DNA from: an uncultured Clostridia bacterium
GTDB taxonomy: Bacteria; Bacillota; Clostridia; TANB77; CAG-508
Length of the DNA stretch: 64,000 nt
NCBI GenBank assembly: GCA_947590905.1
Contig: CANQCU010000006.1
Coordinates: forward strand, 7,823 to 71,822
Direction of reading: 5' to 3'
Below are positions 1-8,610 of the stretch, one piece after another. The notes beneath the pieces were generated by a model. That model worked only from the letters and a program-made list of their open reading frames with translations. It was not told where the DNA came from and did no database searches. The position numbers and the translations under genes were made by a program. Every line of letters begins with the position of its first letter. The stretch's first letter is position 1.

Positions 1-343
1 TAAGGACATCTAAAAAAACTAAATCTGAAGTTTATTTAAACGAACCTATACGGAAAAGATAAAGATGATAACGAAATCACTCTTTTAGAGATTTTAGAAA
101 ATGATGAGAGAAATATTGAGGATGAAATAGACTTAAAATTTAAAACTAAAAGGTTATTTGAAAAGATGAAAGAAGTTTTAAAGGATAGAGAAAAAACTAT
201 CATTGAGCTGCGCTTTGGTTTAAATGGCAAAGCTCCTAAGACTCAAAATGAAATTGCTAAAATGCTTCGGAATTAGTCGTAGTTATGTGTCTAGGATTGA
301 AACTAAGGCTATAAAGAAGTTAAGTAAAGAGTTTCAAGATTAA
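1..343 (+). CDS. Sporulation-type sigma-70 family factor (SigE/SigK-like), C-terminal part. The 5' end lies outside the window. Read through two in-frame CGG +1 sites.
   Basis: Joined translation ...KSEVYLNEPI|GKDKDDNEITLLEILENDERNIEDEIDLKFKTKRLFEKMKEVLKDREKTIIELRFGLNGKAPKTQNEIAKML|GISRSYVSRIETKAIKKLSKEFQD*. The region 4.2 motif GISRSYVSRIE is typical of sporulation sigmas. Stop taa at 341-343. Confidence 0.8.
51..54 (+). other. In-frame CGG / +1 frame junction (ata C GGA aaa)
   Basis: Upstream frame ...SEVYLNEPI. The 0 frame continues R K R *. Skipping C51 gives GKDKDDNEITLL.... Confidence 0.75.
268..271 (+). other. In-frame CGG / +1 frame junction (ctt C GGA att)
   Basis: The 0 frame gives MLRN*. 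Skipping C268 gives the conserved ML-GISRSYVSRIE. Confidence 0.85.
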
Positions 344-372
344 AAGTGAGTCTTAGCCTAAGGAGGATATTT

Positions 373-1437
373 ATGATAAAAAAATTTATGTTTACAATTG
401 CTACTGTATTTGTTTTTTCACTTTTTTATTTTACATATTCTTTTGCTCTATCCCCCTCTTCTGACTCTATCTATGAAGGAATTGATGTAAGTAACTGGCA
501 AGGTTTCATTAATTATAATGAAGTTAAAAATAGTGGCATACAGGTCGTATATATAAAATCAAGTCAGGGTTCAAACATTACTGACCCATATTTTATGACA
601 AATTATCAAAATGCAAAGGATAATGGATTATATGTAGGTTTTTATCATTTTTTAACTGCACGAAACACAGCTGAAGCTATAAAAGAAGCGGAATATTTTT
701 GCTCTGTAATTTCTGGTACGTCTCCAGATTGCAAATTAGCAATGGATTTTGAAAATTTCGGTAACTTAACTTTGGAACAAATAAATGAAATTTCAAGTGT
801 ATTTTTAGAAAAAGTCAGAGAATTAACAGGAAAAGAATTAATTATATATACTGATGCTTTTAATGCAAGAGATACTTTTTCTAGAAGTCTTGCAAATACC
901 TATCCTTTATGGATTGCAGAATATGATGTAGAAACTCCAAGTAATGATGTAAATTGGAATGTATGGACTCGGATTTCAATTCAGTGATAGAGGAATAATA
1001 AGTGGAATTAGAGGCTTTGTTGATAGAGATAAATTTACTGATAATATTTTTTTAAGTACAAATGATGTAATAACTACTTCTAAAAATACTACAAATACAT
1101 TTGAAACTTATACTGTTCAAAGAAATAATACTTTAAGTGGTATAGCTTTAAAATTTGGAACAACTGTTAATGAAATTGCAGGATTGAACCGGAATAAGAA
1201 ATCCTAATCTAATATTTCCAGGAGAGGTTTTAAAAATTGATACTACTAGAAACCTTACTCAAATAACTGATATATCTTATGATTCAAATCATATTATTTA
1301 TACAATAAAGAAGCGGAAATACTTTAACTCAAATAGCAAGAATGTTTGATGTTACAATTAATAGTATTGTGCGATTAAATGGTATTAGAAATCCAAACCT
1401 AATTTTTGCAGGAGAAAGACTGAGAATAAATAACTAA
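373..1437 (+). CDS. GH25-type muramidase with two C-terminal LysM domains, read through three CGG +1 sites
   Basis: RBS aaggagg lies before ATG 373, followed by a signal-like N-terminus. The GH25-like core reads GIDVSNWQG...VYIKSSQG...GFYHF. After sites 970, 1190 and 1314 the frame gives GFQFSDRGIISGIRGFVDRDKF, then two LysM repeats (YTVQRNNTLSGIALKFGTTVNEIAGLN|GIRNPNLIFPGEVLKI and YTIKK|GNTLTQIARMFDVTINSIVRLNGIRNPNLIFAGERLRI). Stop at 1435-1437. Frame arithmetic checked. Confidence 0.8.
970..973 (+). other. In-frame CGG / +1 frame junction (act C GGA ttt)
   Basis: Joins ORF 346..987 to ORF 959..1207: NVWT|GFQFSDRG. Confidence 0.8.
1190..1193 (+). other. In-frame CGG / +1 frame junction (aac C GGA ata)
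   Basis: Restores LysM: EIAGLN|GIRNPNLIFPGEVLKI. Confidence 0.85.
1314..1317 (+). other. In-frame CGG / +1 frame junction (aag C GGA aat)
   Basis: Restores the second LysM: YTIKK|GNTLTQIARMF. Confidence 0.85.
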
Positions 1438-1552
1438 ATAAGCAAAAGAAATACATTTCTAGCTAACCGTTAGAGATGTATTTCTTATAAATTATTCTAA
1501 TGATATCATACTCTTCATTTTTTTATGTCTTTGTTATAAAATATTTATACTA

Positions 1553-4290
1553 CTATATATTCTCATTTCTTATCTCATCTATAATATTTCTGTTTTTTAA
1601 TTCTCTCCTTGCAAGAATCATACCTAATATTATAACTACATACATTACTAAAATTGCACAAACTATGCTTAGTATTGGTATTTCGAATTTGTATACTCTA
1701 AAATCAAACATTACTATATGAACTACATATAAAAGTACCAAGCTTACCAATCCTCCTGCTATACTACTGCTTAAGCCATAAAAGATACTTTCTAAAAAGT
1801 TCATTTTTCTTACTTGCTTATTACTCATCCCCATAGATTTTAATGAAGCAATTTCTCTTTTTCTTAATAATAAACTATAATGTATTATATTGAATATCGT
1901 AATAATTGAAATTATAGAAACTACCCCAATAAATGAATATAGCAAAGTTTTTATTAATTTTATTTCATTTTGTCCTGAAACTTTTTCTGTGCTAATTCTA
2001 GTTAAATCATCTGCTGTTGTTACATTGTTTTTCTTTGAAAAATCAGTAGGTAATCTATTATCTCCAATTACCACAGCATCTTCCCCATATAATTTCTTTA
2101 TTTCACTCATATTTTGGTCTATTTTTTTTGCTTTTTCTTCGTCAGTTTCTATGTTTATCCTTGCAAGTGATGCAAAGCCATATTTCTTTATTAGATTATT
2201 TGCACATTCGGGGCTAATTAATTGATATATCTTAATTTGACCAGTATAATTGCTATTTATATATGGTTCAAAATCATCAACTATTCCGTGCTATTTTAAA
2301 AGTTTCATTGCTACTTTCTTTTTTACCTGAAGCTATTCCCATATCTAGCGTATAGGTATCTCCTACTTTAAAATTTGTAATATTTATTTTATCTCCAAAT
2401 TTTGTTTCTTCTGTTATACTATTTGTTATGATGACTTCATTTTCTTTTAGTTCGCTTACTCCCGCTTTTTTCAATATTTCATCATAAGCTTTTCCAAAAG
2501 CCCAAAAGTGCTGTAGTTCTATTTGAATAGCTCCTGTTACTATATCTCTTGGTAAAGATATTATCTGATTCATTATCATACTATCTAACATCTCAGAAAC
2601 TTGACTCTTTTTAAGCTCTAGATTAGAATTATTAAAAGAGAGCATACTTCCATATGAATCATAGGCTAGTTTATTGTCCTGTAAATATTTAGATATCTTT
2701 TCTGTTTTTTCTATATCTATTATTCCATTGCTATTTGAAGCTTCTGAAATTTCTATTATGTAATCATCATAAACACTATCTCTTGCACTTTCAATTTTCT
2801 TACTTACATTTAGTATTATACCATTTATACTCAAAAATAAGATTAAACTTATTGTTAGAGATGTTGTAACTGTATTATATCTTGACTTATTTCTTTTTAT
2901 ATTTTTATAAGCAAGCTTTCCTTCTTCTTTAAACAATTTCTTTATTAACCAAGGTATTTTTATTTGCTTTTTATCAATTTTCAAATTTATATTATCTCTT
3001 ATTGCTTCCATTGGAGTTATTTTATCTATTTTTCTTATTGATAAAATACTTGAGATTCTTATAATTATCCAAACAATTATTACAACTAAAATAAGTAGCA
3101 TATATGGTACTTTTAAGGTTAAATTTAAATTTCTATCTACCTTAATAATTGATCCTGTATCTATGTGAGAAATATAGTTATTTAAAATTTGTAGGATTGC
3201 TAAGCTTAAAATTGTTCCTAATATTAAACCTATTGTTATTGCAATTATCGCAATGATTATTGTTTCTACTTTTATCATTTTGTTTCTTTGCTTATTATTC
3301 ATACCAATTGAAGTAAGCATTCCTAATTCTTTAATTCTATCAGAATAGCTTATACTAAATGATGTTTTTATCATAGTAATAGATACTGCGCTTAATATAA
3401 GTATGATAAAGCTAGAAATAATAATTAAAATTTTAGCGAAAGTATTATTTCCGATTAAGTACACACTCGTACTTTAAAAGCTTTTCATTATATTTTATTG
3501 AAGGGGTTTCATCCTCTTGATTTTTGTTAGCACCAGTAAGTATATTTTGAAGCATTTCGCTTTCTGATATTTCGTTATTTTGAGTATTTGCATTTATATT
3601 TAATTCCTTTTTTAGTGTTTCTCCTGTTTCATATACTTTTTGAATATTTTTAGTAAGAATTGTTACATCCACTAAACTTTCATTTTTTAAATTACTTTTA
3701 TCAAGATAAGTAATTGCACCAATATCAGAACTTAAGTCAAAATAGTTTTTGTCAAAATCTAAGTTTTCTACTCTTCCAACTACTAAGAAATCTTTTTTAT
3801 TTCCATTTAATGTAACTTGTATATTATCTCCTACTTTTATCGTAGTAGGGCTTTCATTTTTACCATTGTTTATTATATCTCTTGCCTCACTTACAACTAA
3901 TTCGTTAGAATTCTCTGGAAGTCTGCCCTCTGTGATTTTTAAATTATTATTTTTTATAGAATTATCGTCAAAAGCTTGTACATTTAGCCTATTAATAAAA
4001 ACTTTTCCAAAATTTTCTTCTGATATTCCTAGTTTATATGTAAAAGATTTTTCTTTTATATTGCTATTTTCTAAGGATTTTAAAGCATCTTTATATGCAA
4101 TATTTGTAAGTTCTATTTCCCAATTTTTATCACTTCTCACGCTTTGAACTAGATATTGCTGATAACTTGAAATAAGAGTGATAATTGTAGTAAGAAGTAT
4201 GGTAACAATTACTATACCAAAAATAATTGACATAGATTTTCTTTTATTTTTTAATATATATCTAATTCCTAAATCATTTATTATTTTCAT
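1553..4290 (-). CDS. FtsX-family ABC-transporter permease (two FtsX blocks, about 911 aa), read through two CGG +1 sites
   Basis: ORFs 3445..4290, 2277..3464 and 1553..2110 join in frame (...KYECVLN|GNNTFAKIL... and ...FKIA|GIVDDFEPYINS...MSEIKKLYG...). N-terminal TM, a large loop, and two FtsX-like TM blocks (SIGMNNKQRNKMIKVE and LKSMGMSNKQVRKMNFLES). No ATPase partner in the window. Confidence 0.75.
2285..2288 (-). other. In-frame CGG / +1 frame junction (gca C GGA ata)
   Basis: The 0 frame gives ARNS*. Skipping the C opens 170 nt of otherwise unassigned sequence and runs into ORF 1553..2110. Confidence 0.8.
3450..3453 (-). other. In-frame CGG / +1 frame junction (aat C GGA aat)
   Basis: Joins ORF 3445..4290 to ORF 2277..3464: ECVLN|GNNTFAKIL. 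Confidence 0.8.
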
Positions 4291-4512
4291 ATAGTTTCTC
4301 CTATATTTATATAAAAATCTATAATTAAATTATATATTTCTTATAGAATCTATGTCAATTAAGATTTTATTAAGATTTATCTCAATTATATTGTTTTTTA
4401 GATATTATTATTTGTTATATACTAACGTTTATTACTATAATTTGACAAATGACAATAATATGATATAATTATATTATGTAACCTAATTTAAAAAATAGGA
4501 AGGTAATAAAAA

Positions 4513-5286
4513 ATGATTAAGTATATTATGCGGAAAATAATCTACAAAGGAATAGACCCTAAAACGCAAGATGCTCTTATAAAGCTATTAAAACCCTACT
4601 GGACACTCTATTTTATATGTTATCAGTTTTTGACTATTTACATTATGCTCCCTATTATACCTATGTTAATAATAAGCTTTTTTGGAGGGAAAAATCTAGA
4701 AGTTTCCAATCTGGCGGACATACTAATCACGGCATTTTTAATTATTCATATCATCGCTTCAGCAGTATTTGCACAAGTATTTAAAGATGCATATCAGAAT
4801 TTTATATTCTCATTATGGAAAAGATCATATTTCCTGTTATGTACTAAAAAAGGAAAAGCGATTTCTAAAAAGGATTTTAAGACTATAAAGGAGGTAAACT
4901 CAAAACAATTCGAATACATCGAAACACAGAAATGTAGTGGCCTTTGTTATGGAACTTGTTTTGAAATATTGAAAGCTTTAAAAAAAGGTAGAATGGTATT
5001 TATTGCTGCTAAATGGCTTCAATGTAGCAAAGAAAAGACTAATGAAGGAAAATATTTCACTGCTCATGTCTTATATATCAATAACGGGTGGGCTTTTGAT
5101 GCTTTTAGTGTTCGTCAATACAAAGCTGAAGATTTGTACGAAATTTACGAAGCCAAAATCTATAAATCTTTTGACTATGAGTCGATAAAAGACAAAAGCT
5201 ATGACGAATTTAAAAAAGACGAACTCCTAGATTTCGAAAAATGGTGTGCTGAAAATGATTGTACAGTATATTTCAGAGGTGATTAA
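4513..5286 (+). CDS. Hypothetical membrane-associated protein (two N-terminal TM helices, Cys-containing C-terminal domain)
   Basis: 257-aa ORF with RBS aggaaggt upstream, followed by a strong terminator at 5306-5347. No family recognised. It contains the only unshifted in-frame CGG I found (codon 7, 4531-4533). Confidence 0.5.
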   Translation: MIKYIMRKIIYKGIDPKTQDALIKLLKPYWTLYFICYQFLTIYIMLPIIPMLIISFFGGKNLEVSNLADILITAFLIIHIIASAVFAQVFKDAYQNFIFSLWKRSYFLLCTKKGKAISKKDFKTIKEVNSKQFEYIETQKCSGLCYGTCFEILKALKKGRMVFIAAKWLQCSKEKTNEGKYFTAHVLYINNGWAFDAFSVRQYKAEDLYEIYEAKIYKSFDYESIKDKSYDEFKKDELLDFEKWCAENDCTVYFRGD

Positions 5287-5305
5287 AATTAAAACTTAAG
5301 CATTT

Positions 5306-5347
5306 CACGGCAAGGCTTGTTATTTACAGCCTTGCCGTGTTTTTTCT
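5306..5347 (+). terminator. Rho-independent terminator after ORF 4513..5286
   Basis: cacggcaaggct-gttatttac-agccttgccgtg followed by tttttt. Confidence 0.8.
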
Positions 5348-5353
5348 TTATAT

Positions 5354-5390
5354 AAAAGCCATGGTTCCTGAGTTAGGAACCATGGCTTTT
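5354..5390. terminator. Bidirectional hairpin terminator
   Basis: aaaagccatggttcc-tgagtta-ggaaccatggctttt, with an A-run on the left and a T-run on the right. Confidence 0.7.
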
Positions 5391-5441
5391 ATATTTGCCA
5401 CTAAGTTTGTTTGTGCGTTTTGGATTCCAAGATAAGCTCGC

Positions 5442-5543
5442 CTACGAGATTGATATCATCAGGATGGCAAAAAAAGCCACAATGGCAAGAGCTATCAGCG
5501 CTGTTAGTCCTACTGCCAAGAGAATCCAACCTGTTGTTGTCAT
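5442..5543 (-). CDS. Small hydrophobic peptide (33 aa, single TM): MTTTGWILLAVGLTALIALAIVAFFAILMISIS
   Basis: Below the ORF-track cutoff. ATG is preceded by aaaggatga. Candidate promoter TTGATA-N17-TATTAT upstream, and a hairpin terminator (5354-5390) downstream. Visibly higher GC and GC-ending codons than its surroundings. Confidence 0.4.
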   Translation of the reverse strand: MTTTGWILLAVGLTALIALAIVAFFAILMISIS

Positions 5544-5622
5544 ACACTAATCATCCTTTCATAATGTTGTTAATAAATAACTTGCTCATTGCATAGGATT
5601 TTTGCTACAAGGGTATATAAAT

Positions 5623-5651
5623 ATAATAACATAAAATTGGCTTTTTATCAA
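5623..5651 (-). promoter_or_regulatory. Candidate sigma-A promoter for the small hydrophobic ORF
   Basis: The minus strand reads TTGATA-N17-TATTAT, about 75 nt upstream of ATG 5543. Confidence 0.4.
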
Positions 5652-5660
5652 TATATTACC

Positions 5661-6890
5661 TTACTTTTTCCTTCTTATAATCCAATTTTCTTCACATTTA
5701 ATTGGAAGATGTAATTTTACAAGTTGCCCCTTTCTGCCTGGGCTAATACTTTCTATCTCTTCTTCCGTCTCAGCATCCCACAATCTATTTATAGCAAATT
5801 CAAAAGGTCTAATTGTTCCAGGTATTATTATTTCTAAAATATCTCCTACAAATAGTTTGTTTTTTATTTCTATTGTTGATTTATCTTGGTTATATTCTAC
5901 TATCTTTCCTCCAAATTCATAGTCAGGATTATATTGTTTTCCTTCGAATTCTTGGAAATCTTTATTATTTCTATCATTAAAGTAAAATGTTGTTAAACTT
6001 CTTGTTTTTACTTTTTCTATTTCTTTTAAATATGTAGTATAGTCATACTTGGTAGGTGCTTTCATATAGTCATCTATGGCATTTCTATAAGCATTTACTA
6101 TACTTGCTAAATAATATTCTGTTTTTAGCCTTCCTTCTATTTTTAAGCTATCTACTCCCATTTCTATTATTTCTGGTATTTCTTTTACTAAGCATAAATC
6201 TTTTGAAGAAAAAATATATGTTCCTTTTTCATCATATTCAACTGGCATAAGATTTCCTGGGTTATTATTTTCTTCAACATACACATTATATGCCCATCTA
6301 CAGCTTTGTGCACAGTCTCCAAGATTTGCACTACGGCTAGCTAAAAAGTCGCTTAAAAAGCATCTTCCTGAGTATCCAAAGCATAAGGCTCCATGTATAA
6401 ATATTTCTGTTTCTAGTTTCATTGGAGTTTTATCAACTATATTTTTTATTTGTTCTTTACTTAGTTCTCTTCCAAGTATTACTCTTTTTGCTCCGTTATT
6501 ATACCAAAAGTTAGCTGAATGTGCGCTTACTATATTCGCTTGTGTACTAATATGTATATCAACATCAGGAGCTTCTTCTTTCATAATTTCTAATACTCCA
6601 CCATCTGATACAATTACTCCATCAACTTTTAGTTCATTTAACATTCTTGCTTGTTTTCTTATTTCTTCATAATTTTCATCTAATGCATATATATTTACAG
6701 CTGCATATACTTTTTTTCCTATTTCATGTGCATAAAGAATTGTTTTGCTTAAATCATCATCATCAACTTCTGCCCTACTTCTAAGTGAGAGAGAAGCGGT
6801 TCCACAATATACTGCATCTGCTCCATAAAGAAATGCTATTTTTGCTTTTTCGAATGAGCCTGCTGGTGCTAATAATTCAGGTTTATTCAT
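5661..6890 (-). CDS. Peptidase U32 family protein (collagenase-like / YhbU-type)
   Basis: The N-terminus MNKPELLAPAGSFEKAKIAFLYGADAVYCG and the later IHGALCFGYSGRCFLS are typical of the U32 family. Intact 409-aa ORF. Confidence 0.85.
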   Translation of the reverse strand: MNKPELLAPAGSFEKAKIAFLYGADAVYCGTASLSLRSRAEVDDDDLSKTILYAHEIGKKVYAAVNIYALDENYEEIRKQARMLNELKVDGVIVSDGGVLEIMKEEAPDVDIHISTQANIVSAHSANFWYNNGAKRVILGRELSKEQIKNIVDKTPMKLETEIFIHGALCFGYSGRCFLSDFLASRSANLGDCAQSCRWAYNVYVEENNNPGNLMPVEYDEKGTYIFSSKDLCLVKEIPEIIEMGVDSLKIEGRLKTEYYLASIVNAYRNAIDDYMKAPTKYDYTTYLKEIEKVKTRSLTTFYFNDRNNKDFQEFEGKQYNPDYEFGGKIVEYNQDKSTIEIKNKLFVGDILEIIIPGTIRPFEFAINRLWDAETEEEIESISPGRKGQLVKLHLPIKCEENWIIRRKK

Positions 6891-7109
6891 ATTTTTTCTC
6901 CTATTTTAATATAATTTTATTTACTATGTAATTTTTGTTTACTTTATTTTATTTTTATATGTTTTTTATATATGTTATTTATTTATTATATTACATATTA
7001 TGCTAAATTTCAATATAAAGAAAAAGTCTTATTAAAATATATATCTTTACTTTTTTTCTATTTTTTGGTATTATTTAATATAGAATAAATAAAATTTAAG
7101 GGGAAAATT

Positions 7110-7668
7110 ATGGCAAAAACAAAAGCTAAAAATATAACTAAATTTCAGAAGATTGCTCTTTACTTCTTCGTTTATGCCTTTATTGGTTGGGTATGTGAAG
7201 AACTTTATGCTTTAGCAGTACTACATACATTTGTAAAGAGAGGATTTTTACTAGGTCCGATTTGTCCTATATATGGATATGGTGCAATCATTTTGATACT
7301 TTGTTTTAAAAATTACAAAAACAAGCCTATAAAGCTTTTCTTTTTGTCTGCCATTTTCTTTAGTCTTTTTGAATATATAACAGACTTCTTCTTACAAGCA
7401 TTATTTGGTACAAAATGGTGGGATTATACAGGAGAGTTTCTTAATTTGAATGGAAGAATTACATTGAGTTTTAGCATAGTTTGGGGATTAGGAGGCTTAA
7501 TATTTATTAAAATATTGCATCCTTTTATCACCAAAATTATTCGGAAAAATTTTGAAAAAAATACCTACGAAAGTTCAAAAAGTTTTTATAAATTCTTGTT
7601 TAGCAATTATGATTATTGATACTTTTGTAGCAACATTTATGTATCTTGGGGTTTTTAATTTAGGATAG
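7110..7668 (+). CDS. Multi-pass membrane protein (resembles the 'putative ABC-transporter type IV' membrane family), read through one CGG +1 site
   Basis: FIGWVCEE...GPICPIYGYGA...TKWWDYTGEFLNLNGRI. The 0 frame ends in a hydrophilic tail at 7619. Skipping C7542 gives ...KII|GKILKKIPTKVQKVFINSCLAIMIIDTFVATFMYLGVFNLG*, a final TM segment as expected for this family. Family assignment is from memory. Confidence 0.6.
7542..7545 (+). other. In-frame CGG / +1 frame junction (att C GGA aaa)
   Basis: The shifted frame yields a final TM segment and ends at 7668. Support is weaker because both frames stay open for a while. Confidence 0.55.
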
Positions 7669-8269
7669 AACTTTACTTATACTTATTCCATCACCGATTT
7701 CAAAAATTTCTGTTTCAAGCTTTGGATCTTCCGAAGCTTCTTTTATATATTCACGTAAATTTCTAACTGCTGTTCTTTGTTTATGTTTGTTATAATCACT
7801 CATAACATATCCTTTATATAGTATGTTATCTGCAACGATTAAAGTGTCTTTTTTTGACATTCTTATAGCTTCTTGCAAGAAAAATGGATATTTTCCTTTT
7901 GCTGCATCTATAAATATGACATCATACTTTTTATTAAATTTAGGTAAAATTTCTACAGCATCTCCTATAAATACTTCTATCTTATCAGATAATTCCATTT
8001 GTTTTATGTTTTCTAAAGCTTCTTTTGCTCTTTCTTCGTCTCTTTCTATTGTATCTATTTTACCATTTTCTTTTAAATATTTTGAAAAGCATATTGAAGA
8101 ATATCCGCACAGCAGTTCCAATTTCTAGGATGCTTTCAATACTTTTTTCTTTTAATATATCATCTAAAAATTCTAAAGTCTCATCCATTATAATTGGAAT
8201 ATGCTCATCTAAAGCTCTATTTTTAATTTCTTCTAATTTTATTTTATTCATATATGATTTTCCTTTCAA
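7660..8269 (-). CDS. Class I SAM-dependent O-methyltransferase (YrrM/TrmR-like), read through one CGG +1 site
   Basis: ORFs 8060..8269 and 7660..8121 join as ...ESILEIGTAV|GYSSICFSKYL... (SAM-binding motif I), then ...YDVIFIDAAKGKYPFF... Confidence 0.8.
8104..8107 (-). other. In-frame CGG / +1 frame junction (gtg C GGA tat)
   Basis: LEIGTAV|GYSSICF, the methyltransferase motif I. Confidence 0.85.
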
Positions 8270-8293
8270 AAATTATTCAGCATATATTTTAAA

Positions 8294-8414
8294 TCGATAT
8301 AATGTTTTTATTTTAAAGCTACGTAAGCGAAGTGCGATATGGAGCAACTTACATATATAAATTTTATTTGTAAGTTGCGACTGCAAAGCTTTTAAAATAA
8401 AAACATTATATCGA
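8294..8414 (+). repeat. Intergenic structured repeat, family 1, copy a
   Basis: 27/28-bp AT-rich inverted arms (tcgatataatgtttttattttaaagct / agcttttaaaataaaaacattatatcga) enclose the GC-rich core acgtaagcgaagtgcgatATGGAGCAACTTACA...TGTAAGTTGCGACTGCAAAG. Confidence 0.8.
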
Positions 8415-8448
8415 ATACTACTATTATTATATTTAAAATTGATATATT

Positions 8449-8580
8449 GTTTTTATTTAATGAAACTGCGTAAGCGACCAAACGAAGCGTAAGCGAAGTG
8501 CGAAATGGAGCAACTTACATATTATTTTTTAATTGGAAGTTGCGACTGCAAAGTTTCATTAAATAAAAACAATATATCAA
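8449..8580 (+). repeat. Intergenic structured repeat, family 1, copy b (tandem to copy a)
   Basis: Perfect 29-bp inverted arms (ttgatatattgtttttatttaatgaaact / agtttcattaaataaaaacaatatatcaa). The core carries an internal gcgtaagcga duplication. Confidence 0.8.
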
Positions 8581-8610
8581 TTTAATTTATACTAATACTC
8601 ATAATAAAAT

